NCBI GenBank assembly: GCA_030614005.1
Contig: JAUWKS010000045.1
Location: forward strand, 1-26,377
Direction of reading: 5' to 3'
DNA length: 26,377 nt
Source of the DNA: Candidatus Heimdallarchaeota archaeon
Lineage (GTDB): Archaea; Asgardarchaeota; Heimdallarchaeia; JABLTI01
The position numbers and the translations under genes were made by a program. Shown one piece after another: positions 8,500 through 15,944 of the stretch; the first letter of the stretch is position 1, and every line of letters starts with the position of its first letter. The notes below the pieces were generated by a model. The model was given only the letters and a program-made list of their open reading frames with translations, was not told the origin of the DNA and made no database searches.

Positions 8500-9906
8500 A
8501 TGAGCGAAGAATCTTCCTCCCTCAACCAAAAACAACTGGCTAAATTGGAGAAAAAGGCAAAACAATTCGGGTACGAAAATTTGAGCTTCTTCATTGAAGA
8601 TATTGATGTACTACTTCGACCTTCCAATCTCCTTAAAGAAAAGGATATGAAATATTTTGAATTAGAGAATTTAATCTCATTACTTGATAGTAAAAAAATC
8701 AGTTTAGGTATGGCTCCTAGAATGATTTCTATGGTATCAAAATATTCAGAAAGAAATGAAGAATTGGAAGAAGAAACTGCCACTCTTAAACAGGAAAACA
8801 TTACTCTAAAGAGTAAACATCAGACAGCTGCAGCTCAAGCAAAAGAATTACAAAATCAGTTACAGAATCTATCCGCAGCTCCTCAAGCTGATGCAAAAAT
8901 TAGAGAAACAAACATCAAGTTGACTGAAGAAAGTAAATATCTCAAAATAACTAATGAATCGCTTTCAACTGATCTAAAGAAGATTAAAGTGAAATATGAT
9001 GAAAAACTCGAAGAAGCAAATGATTTAGAAGTCGAGAATAGTCAATTAGAAATGCGTATGAAAGATCTTCAAAGAGAACTTAAAGAAGTTGCTCTAGAGT
9101 TTGAAGAAGAAAAGAGAAAAGGGTCAGGTTCAGATAAAACACTCAAGAATATTGAAAAAATTATTGAAGAATTAGATGAGATTTATGGAACAGTAGATGA
9201 TCCTTTCAAGAAGGAATTTCTAGCTTTTCTTGGTGTAGAGCTTAGTGAAATCATTGACAATAGGCATATCACTAAACAAAAAATACTGAATCAAATTGCT
9301 ATTCATGCTCATGAAATTGAGAAGATATTTGAACCTCAAATAGCTTCAATGGCAAGAAGACAATTTGTGAGTGAAGCACCAGTTCAACAAGCTACAAAAT
9401 CACGTGAAACTATTCCAGAACCAGCAAAAAGAAAACCCGTTGAAACTTCAACAAAAGAAACTACTCCCACAACTGAAGAAATAGATCAAGATCCTGACGA
9501 GCGCTCTGTAAAACCAAGTGATTTTCTTAAAGGCAAAGGTGTTCAAAAAGCTAAACCAAAAGATGATGATGGTGAGAAAGAACAACCCGAACTTGAAGAA
9601 GAAGTAAAAACTCCAAAACCAGCATATACAAAGAGAAAATCAAGAAGTAAAAAACCAGTTAAAATTGATCGAACTCCAAGCCCAGAGCTTGTGAAAGTTA
9701 TCGATGTTTTCATTAAATATATTGAGGCGATCAATGATACAAGTTCGTTTAATGACATATGTGATAAATTCATAGAACAAATGTATGAACATGTGGGTTC
9801 TCCCGGTATGACCAAAGTCTATAAAATAAAAAGTGGTGGAGTAAAAAGAAAACAAATGCTTATTGATCTCCTAACTGCTTGGAAGAAAGAATTACCAGAA
9901 ATGTAA
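8500..9906 (+). CDS. Hypothetical long coiled-coil protein with charged linker and small C-terminal helical domain
   Basis: Heptad-rich E/K/L segment from about residue 75 to 225, a P/E/K/T-rich linker, and a ~75-aa C-terminal domain. ATG 8500 follows GGTGA. No NTPase motifs. Confidence 0.75.
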   Translation: MSEESSSLNQKQLAKLEKKAKQFGYENLSFFIEDIDVLLRPSNLLKEKDMKYFELENLISLLDSKKISLGMAPRMISMVSKYSERNEELEEETATLKQENITLKSKHQTAAAQAKELQNQLQNLSAAPQADAKIRETNIKLTEESKYLKITNESLSTDLKKIKVKYDEKLEEANDLEVENSQLEMRMKDLQRELKEVALEFEEEKRKGSGSDKTLKNIEKIIEELDEIYGTVDDPFKKEFLAFLGVELSEIIDNRHITKQKILNQIAIHAHEIEKIFEPQIASMARRQFVSEAPVQQATKSRETIPEPAKRKPVETSTKETTPTTEEIDQDPDERSVKPSDFLKGKGVQKAKPKDDDGEKEQPELEEEVKTPKPAYTKRKSRSKKPVKIDRTPSPELVKVIDVFIKYIEAINDTSSFNDICDKFIEQMYEHVGSPGMTKVYKIKSGGVKRKQMLIDLLTAWKKELPEM

Positions 9907-9941
9907 TAATAAATTGTTTAAAATAAATAAAATTAATCTCG

Positions 9942-9967
9942 GAGAGAAGAGATGATCTCTTCCTCTC
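9942..9967. terminator. Bidirectional terminator-like hairpin between convergent genes
   Basis: GAGAGAAGAGA-TGA-TCTCTTCCTCTC: 11-bp stem with one bulge, followed by a T-rich tract on the + strand. Confidence 0.5.
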
Positions 9968-9978
9968 AAGAATTTTTT

Positions 9979-10428
9979 CTAAATATGAATTTCAGCTATC
10001 TGATTAATTGCTATTCCTGCCATGCCACCTTTCTCAAATCGAAGTCTAACCCGCTTGTTTCTAATTTGACCATGGGTTGCAGAAACAATTCCTTTAGCAA
10101 TAGCATCGCTACCTTCAAAGTTAAGAGTGAATTTTCTACCCACTAATGCTTTATGATTAACGTCATCTAAAATCAATGCAATTGCTTGATTGGTGACTTG
10201 TAATCGGTTGCTTCTTCTATAACTCACTATTTTAGCTTTTACCGTTGTTGCTTTTTTGGAAGTTTTTTTAGTTGCAACAGGTTTCTTGACAGCAGATTTC
10301 TTAGTAGTTGAAGTTTTAGCTTTTGAAGCAGTCTTTGGTTTAGTTGATGTTTTCTTAGGAGTAGCTTTTACACTACTTTTTTTGGATGTGGTTTTCTTTG
10401 TAGAAGTTGTTTTCTTTTTTTCTGACAT
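9979..10428 (-). CDS. rpl35ae: 50S ribosomal protein L35Ae (eL33) with Lys/Thr/Ser-rich N-terminal extension
   Basis: Core KIVSYRRS...LVGRK...KGIVSATHG...VRLRFEKG matches the archaeal L35Ae pattern as I recall it. About 62 extra low-complexity residues at the N-terminus. Confidence 0.85.
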   Translation of the reverse strand: MSEKKKTTSTKKTTSKKSSVKATPKKTSTKPKTASKAKTSTTKKSAVKKPVATKKTSKKATTVKAKIVSYRRSNRLQVTNQAIALILDDVNHKALVGRKFTLNFEGSDAIAKGIVSATHGQIRNKRVRLRFEKGGMAGIAINQIAEIHI

Positions 10429-10474
10429 AATATCACATTCTTTTGTTCTCTAATGAAAAGTGGAGCAAAGTCTA

Positions 10475-10490
10475 TTCAAAAAGTTTTTCG
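10475..10490 (-). promoter_or_regulatory. Putative BRE-TATA promoter of rpl35ae
   Basis: Minus strand CGAAAAAC-TTTTTGAA, about 50 nt upstream of the ATG. The TATA element is non-canonical. Confidence 0.3.
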
Positions 10491-10522
10491 CTAGAACTGA
10501 ATTTTATTGTTAAAACTTGGTC

Positions 10523-11938
10523 CTAGCTATTACTCTCGGCTTTTTTGAATCGTTTTTCAACTTTTAATAGAACACTTTCAAGACTTTGGAGAAAGTTTTC
10601 AATTTCACTCTTTTTGATTGACACTAAACGACCAGATTGGTGAACTAAAGTATTTCTTTTCTTTCTTATTTTATTAAATGATTGTTCTTCTTTTTCACTT
10701 ACCAAAGCTTTGTCTTTAAGAAATTGGAGCATAACTGAAAAATTTGTATGAACTTCAATTGGGGCATCAAATCTATCTAAAATACCTTTGAAAAGCTGTT
10801 CAGTCGATCTAAAGAGAAAAACTAGCGAAGTTGCTCTTTCTTCCTCAGAAATCTCATCCCACATATTCAATCTATTCTTTACGTACTCAATATCTGTTTT
10901 GAGGGAATTAAGTTCATGATCATAACTAAAAACATCTCGAGCAATGTCATAGAAAGGACTATCAAAGAATCGATTTTTGATTATAGCCGTTTGTTCAGCA
11001 GTTACCTCTAATTCATCTAATATTGGTTTATATATTCTCCAAGCTTGTTGTTTAGCAACTTGATTGCGAGCATATACACGCAATGCTTCTGAGAGATGCT
11101 CAGAAAACTCTTGTTCATAGATTCCATCAATTCGTCGCGAATGCTTGCGTAATAATCGGTCTCCTACTAAGCTTTCAGTAGGAAATTGGCTTAGCGCTCT
11201 AATGTAATTATTTCTTTTAATTTGTTCTTCTTCATCAACAAAAATAACAATTGGAAGAGTTTCAAGCATTAATTGTCTTAAACGGTTAAGAGAATAAATC
11301 GCTAGCAAGTCACTTAGAATAGTCAAAGAACCAAAAAGCAAAGCAAAGATTGCTACATTTATACTATTGGTTATTTGATCAATATAAATGAAATCTAAAG
11401 AGATTGGTGTGTAATGAAGAATAATTATTCCAATAAAGTCTACTAAGGATAAAATAGACCAAAGAATGGAAAACAGAAATAACGTTTCAAAACTGCTCAA
11501 TAAATTATTTTTCTTATCACTACGAGACCGACTTATATACGAATCAATATACAAACCTTTGACGTCATTTACCAATTGAGGGATTAACTTACCATTAATT
11601 TCTTCTCTAATCTTCATTTTTTGTTTATCAGCTAAATGATCTTCATCACCTGAAAAAATAAATAGGGAATCTAAGTTTTCTTTTAGGTTTTTCTCATAGT
11701 ATTTTGCTGTTCCACTTACAAAGTAGATTAACATTGGTGATGCCATATATAAAAATAAAGCAGGAGCAATAAGCAAAAATGCCCATAAAATAAGTGTTCT
11801 AAAATCGAACTCTATACCTTTTACTGTTAAATAAATTGCATATACAATAAACTCAAGGATTATAGGTGCATAAGCGCCTAAAAAGAACCGTTGATTAAAG
11901 AGAGCATTTGTTGTTCTACTTTGAAATCTGCTTGAAAT
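10523..11938 (-). CDS. Multi-pass membrane protein with C-terminal HEPN-like (RxxxxH) domain; probable ATT start
   Basis: The frame stays open 57 codons upstream of the track's TTG (11776) and encodes a further hydrophobic helix. About four TM segments. C-terminal KIRKKRNTLVH. SD-like GGGGT lies 9 nt before ATT 11938. Confidence 0.7.
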   Translation of the reverse strand: MSSRFQSRTTNALFNQRFFLGAYAPIILEFIVYAIYLTVKGIEFDFRTLILWAFLLIAPALFLYMASPMLIYFVSGTAKYYEKNLKENLDSLFIFSGDEDHLADKQKMKIREEINGKLIPQLVNDVKGLYIDSYISRSRSDKKNNLLSSFETLFLFSILWSILSLVDFIGIIILHYTPISLDFIYIDQITNSINVAIFALLFGSLTILSDLLAIYSLNRLRQLMLETLPIVIFVDEEEQIKRNNYIRALSQFPTESLVGDRLLRKHSRRIDGIYEQEFSEHLSEALRVYARNQVAKQQAWRIYKPILDELEVTAEQTAIIKNRFFDSPFYDIARDVFSYDHELNSLKTDIEYVKNRLNMWDEISEEERATSLVFLFRSTEQLFKGILDRFDAPIEVHTNFSVMLQFLKDKALVSEKEEQSFNKIRKKRNTLVHQSGRLVSIKKSEIENFLQSLESVLLKVEKRFKKAESNS

Positions 11939-12057
11939 TGTTTGTCAACCCCATCAATAATATATAATCAATAATAAATAACTGAAAGAGTAATTAATGA
12001 ATCTTCTCTTAATTTAAAATAGAAGTTAATAATGAAGAAATATACGAGGGGAAAAAT

Positions 12058-13443
12058 ATTCGGAAAAAACATCAATATATAAAAAATAGAGGGATTTTAC
12101 TATCAGATTGTTGTGAGGAAAAGATACTCAAAGCAAGAAAAATCGTTTTAGATATTCTTGAGGAAGGAATTGAAGCAGCAAACCCTGAGAAAGTAGTAAG
12201 AGAATTTCTAACTGTCAAAGATGATAAATTGATATTACCTGATTATTCTAAAATAAATCTAAAAGAAAACAAAAGAATCATTGTAATTGGAACTGGAAAA
12301 GCTTCTGCTTTAATGGCTTTAGCTGTAGAAAATCTTTTGGGAAAATACATTACTCAAGGTTTGGTTTGTGTACCAGAAGAAGAAATTGAGAAAAAGTATC
12401 CATTAAAGAAAATAATTCTGCAAACAGCAGGACATCCTTACGTAAATGAAGGAAGCATTGCTGGTGCGAAAAAGATTTTAGCATTAGTTGAAAATTTGAA
12501 TGAAAATGATATTGTTCTCGCTTTGATAAGTGGAGGAGGTTCAGCTCTATCAGAATTACCTCTCGAGACAATAAGTCTAGCAGATTTACAAGAAATGTTT
12601 AACCTCTTGACAAAAGTGGGTGCTACAATTCATGAATTAAACACCATTAGAAAGCATTTGTCAAAAATTAAAGGAGGGAAACTAGCAAAAATAGCTCAAC
12701 CGGCAAAAGTAATTTCACTAATCATCAGTGATGTTATTGGTGATGATTTAGATACTATTGCATCAGGCCCAACGGCTCCAGATAATACAATTTGGCAAGA
12801 CGTAGAAACAATAGTACAAAAATATAATCTAAAAGGAAAAATACCAGCATCAATAGCTCAGATAATTGACAAAGGAATGAAAAATGAAATTGAGGAAACT
12901 CCAAAGAAAACACAACCATTTTTTAAGAAAGTAAAAAATTTCATTATTGCGTCGAATGCAGTTTCATGTATCGCTATGAAAGAAGCAGCACTCGATATTG
13001 ACTTAAATTGTAAAATTCTTTCTACAGAAATAAATGGAGAGGCGAAAGATGTAGGTGCTAAAATAACTACTGCAATTAACAATGCGGAGAAGAATACTTT
13101 GCTTATTGCCAGTGGTGAAACAACAGTAAAAATAACTGGTCAAGGTCATGGGGGAAGAAATCAAGAATTAGCATTAGCTTCAGGAATTCTACTAAAGAAA
13201 TCTGAAACAATAGTAATAGCTTCTATAGGATCTGATGGAAAAGATGGTCCAACTGAAGCAGCAGGAGCACTCATGGATAAATGCATTATCAAAACAGCAA
13301 AACGAGATAATTTAGATTTACAAGAATACCTTACTAACAATGATTCATATAATTTCTACAAAAAGGTTAATGGTTTAATAATTACTGGATTCACAGGAAC
13401 AAATGTTATGGATCTAATTCTCGCGTTGAAAATGAAAGAATAA
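12058..13443 (+). CDS. gck: Glycerate 2-kinase, MOFRL family; probable ATT start
   Basis: IGTGKA, SGGGSAL, GGKLA, DVIGDDLDTIASGPT, GETTV, GGRNQELAL, DGKDGPT, TGFTGTNVMD. The family-typical N-terminus (IKNR...KARKIVLDILEEGIEAANPEKVV) lies upstream of the track's TTG 12229. The start position is uncertain. Confidence 0.9.
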   Translation: MRKKHQYIKNRGILLSDCCEEKILKARKIVLDILEEGIEAANPEKVVREFLTVKDDKLILPDYSKINLKENKRIIVIGTGKASALMALAVENLLGKYITQGLVCVPEEEIEKKYPLKKIILQTAGHPYVNEGSIAGAKKILALVENLNENDIVLALISGGGSALSELPLETISLADLQEMFNLLTKVGATIHELNTIRKHLSKIKGGKLAKIAQPAKVISLIISDVIGDDLDTIASGPTAPDNTIWQDVETIVQKYNLKGKIPASIAQIIDKGMKNEIEETPKKTQPFFKKVKNFIIASNAVSCIAMKEAALDIDLNCKILSTEINGEAKDVGAKITTAINNAEKNTLLIASGETTVKITGQGHGGRNQELALASGILLKKSETIVIASIGSDGKDGPTEAAGALMDKCIIKTAKRDNLDLQEYLTNNDSYNFYKKVNGLIITGFTGTNVMDLILALKMKE

Positions 13444-13607
13444 TCACTATCTAGAATAAACGATGTAAAATAATATATTTTAATAGGAGAAACACTAGGA
13501 TATCTTAGTTACAAAGAGTTTTTGAATAGTTAGAGAAAAGAGAAAAATGTCTATATTGGTAAATATATAAGATAGAAGGTTCTATGAAATAACGAGCGTG
13601 AACAAAA

Positions 13608-14789
13608 GTGGCTAATTCATCATTGTATCAATATGCATCAAAATATGCACAGAAAGCATATGACCAAGATCAAGCTGGAAATTATAAATCAGCTTTTCAA
13701 AATTATCTGAAAGCTGCAGAAATTCTACAGCAACTTATAAGCTTCACGAGTAATCCCCAGCTAAAAAATATGTACTATATAAAATCAAAAGAATATCTTG
13801 CTCGAGCAAAGGAATTGAAAGATCAAGGTATGCAACCAGCGGATACGAGTAGAAAGAGAAGGAGTTCAAGGAAGAGTAGCGGAGGGGATTCATCTGATTC
13901 AGATGAAGAAAAAGATGAATTAGAAGAGGCAATTGATGAAATCATTATTGTGGAAAAACCAAATGTCAAGATGAGCAATGTCGCAGGTTTGGAAGAGGCA
14001 AAAAGAGCTCTAAGAGAAGCGATTATTTTACCTATGAAAAGACCCGATTTATTTACTGGCGCAAGGAATCCTTGGAGAGGCATTCTATTATTTGGTCCCC
14101 CAGGAACTGGAAAAACATTACTTGCTAGAGCTGTAGCTACTGAAGTTGATGCAACGTTTTTCAATGTCAGTGCTTCAAGCATTATTTCGAAATGGTTGGG
14201 TGAATCAGAAAAGCTAGTTACACAGTTATTTGAATCTGCACAAGAAAAACAACCATCTCTAATATTCATTGACGAAATAGATAGTATAGCCTCCACGAGA
14301 GGCGGAGAACATGATGCTATGCGAAGAGTGAAAACAACGCTCATGACTCAAATGAGTGGTGTGACTTCCAAGAAAGAAGACCGAGTAGTTGTTATTGGTG
14401 CAACAAATCTTCCTTGGGAAATTGACCCAGCCTTTAGAAGCAGATTTGAAAAGAGAATTTACATTAATTTACCAGATTTACCTGCAAGATCGAAAATCTT
14501 TGAGATTCATTCCAAAGGAATAGAAATTGAGGACACAGTAGATTTCCAACTTATTGGTGAAATGAGTGATGGATACTCTGGAAGAGATATTCAATTAATT
14601 TGTCGTGAAGCAGTAATGATGCCTGTTAGAGAACTCGATATTTCAGGTGCCCTAGATGACCCAGATATAAAAGCTCGAGCTGTAACAGTGCAGGATTACA
14701 TGTTAGCATTTGAGAAGATTAAACCAAGTGTTGCCCCTGAAGAATTACTTAGATATAGAGATTGGGCTGAAGAATTCGGAAGTATTTGA
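13608..14789 (+). CDS. vps4: Vps4-like AAA+ ATPase with N-terminal MIT domain (ESCRT-III disassembly)
   Basis: MIT three-helix region (AQKAYDQDQAGNYKSAFQNYLKAAE), Walker A GPPGTGKT, pore loop SKWLGESEKL, Walker B IFIDEID, GATNLPWEID, RFEKRIYI, C-terminal helix WAEEFGS. No eukaryotic beta-domain insert. Confidence 0.93.
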   Translation: MANSSLYQYASKYAQKAYDQDQAGNYKSAFQNYLKAAEILQQLISFTSNPQLKNMYYIKSKEYLARAKELKDQGMQPADTSRKRRSSRKSSGGDSSDSDEEKDELEEAIDEIIIVEKPNVKMSNVAGLEEAKRALREAIILPMKRPDLFTGARNPWRGILLFGPPGTGKTLLARAVATEVDATFFNVSASSIISKWLGESEKLVTQLFESAQEKQPSLIFIDEIDSIASTRGGEHDAMRRVKTTLMTQMSGVTSKKEDRVVVIGATNLPWEIDPAFRSRFEKRIYINLPDLPARSKIFEIHSKGIEIEDTVDFQLIGEMSDGYSGRDIQLICREAVMMPVRELDISGALDDPDIKARAVTVQDYMLAFEKIKPSVAPEELLRYRDWAEEFGSI

Positions 14790-15112
14790 AACAATCATTC
14801 GAACAAATTCCATTATCTTCATCTAGCAATTAGCTAAAGATTTTTCTTTGGAAATTGTTAGACACCATTCTAATGATTTCTAAATTTTTCAACAGGAGCG
14901 CAGATAAATTGCCTATTATTAAACATTAAAATATGTCTTAAAAATAATATACTTAATATTCAATCAAAATGTAAAAAAATATTATTACAATTAAAACAAA
15001 ATGAATAAAGTATTAACACAGTGTAAATAAACACAGTATGAGGAAAATAGTTTAAAATGAATTGTTTACACTATTATTCTGTTATTTAGAGAAAATGCAG
15101 CGGGAATGCGTT

Positions 15113-15937
15113 ATGTCAGTAAAAGAGAAGAAAAGTAAAGAAAAAACTAAGTCCAAAGGCAACAAGACAAAGCAAGTTGCAGTGAAGGAGAAAGTGAAAA
15201 AAGAAAAAACTGTAGAAAAGAAACCCGCTGAGAAACCTAAAACTAAAATTAAACCACCAAAAGAAGCAACAATTACTATTTCTTTAATTGAGAACCCAGT
15301 AACAACAGAGGAAAAGATATTCAATGCAATGCTTCGAATTGAACAATTAATTGAATCTGATGTGGCAATATCTCGAGAAGATCTTTTTGATCTTGGACAA
15401 GACATCGAAAGACAGCTAGAAGAGATACTACCGGAATGGATTAATAAACCCTGGATGTATGTCACACCAGAGCATCAAAAGCAACTTGATTCCTGGTGTT
15501 CTGATTGGTCTAACTTTATTATGGAATATGCTAGAATAAATATCAAACACATTATCCATGTCGAAGAAGAAAGCTCAAACTATCCTTTCAATAATAAAAC
15601 AGCAAAGAAAAGATTAGATAGAGAACAACTTCAAGAAATAGGCGATTACATTGTTGCTCAAGAGATGGGAATCTGGTGGGATAAGAAGAAAATACGATTA
15701 CGTTTGTATTGGCGAACCCTTGATGAATGGGGAGATATCATCTATGAGTGGAGTATTAAAACAGGGAGAGCTGCAAGTGCAGATAGAGTAATGACATTAT
15801 TTGACATTCAAGATGCAGGACAACCTTGGAGTTCTATACCTCAACAAGATCTCAAAAGGATTTTCAAACTCATGCATGAAAAAGGATATATTGAATGGGC
15901 AGATAAAAAGAAAAAGTCCATTGCTTTCTTATTCTAA
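15113..15937 (+). CDS. vps25: ESCRT-II subunit Vps25/EAP20 homologue with N-terminal basic extension
   Basis: KQLDSWCSDW, PFNNKTAKKRL, WRTLDEWGDIIYEW and TLFDI match the tandem winged-helix pattern of Vps25 (QLAAW, LFNN, WRRPEEWGKLIYQW, TLYEL as recalled for human). ATG 15113 is preferred over TTG 15062. Confidence 0.85.
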   Translation: MSVKEKKSKEKTKSKGNKTKQVAVKEKVKKEKTVEKKPAEKPKTKIKPPKEATITISLIENPVTTEEKIFNAMLRIEQLIESDVAISREDLFDLGQDIERQLEEILPEWINKPWMYVTPEHQKQLDSWCSDWSNFIMEYARINIKHIIHVEEESSNYPFNNKTAKKRLDREQLQEIGDYIVAQEMGIWWDKKKIRLRLYWRTLDEWGDIIYEWSIKTGRAASADRVMTLFDIQDAGQPWSSIPQQDLKRIFKLMHEKGYIEWADKKKKSIAFLF

Positions 15938-15944
15938 AAAAATA

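Noticed and set aside
8500-9906. SMC/Rad50 or CdvA identity for the coiled-coil protein
   Set aside because: No Walker A/B, signature or hinge motifs, and no recognisable PRC-barrel N-terminus.
11945-11956. Stop-codon readthrough (Sec) as an explanation for the missing start of the TM-HEPN gene
   Set aside because: There are two in-frame TGAs within four codons, then AT-rich promoter-like DNA, and no upstream coding signal.
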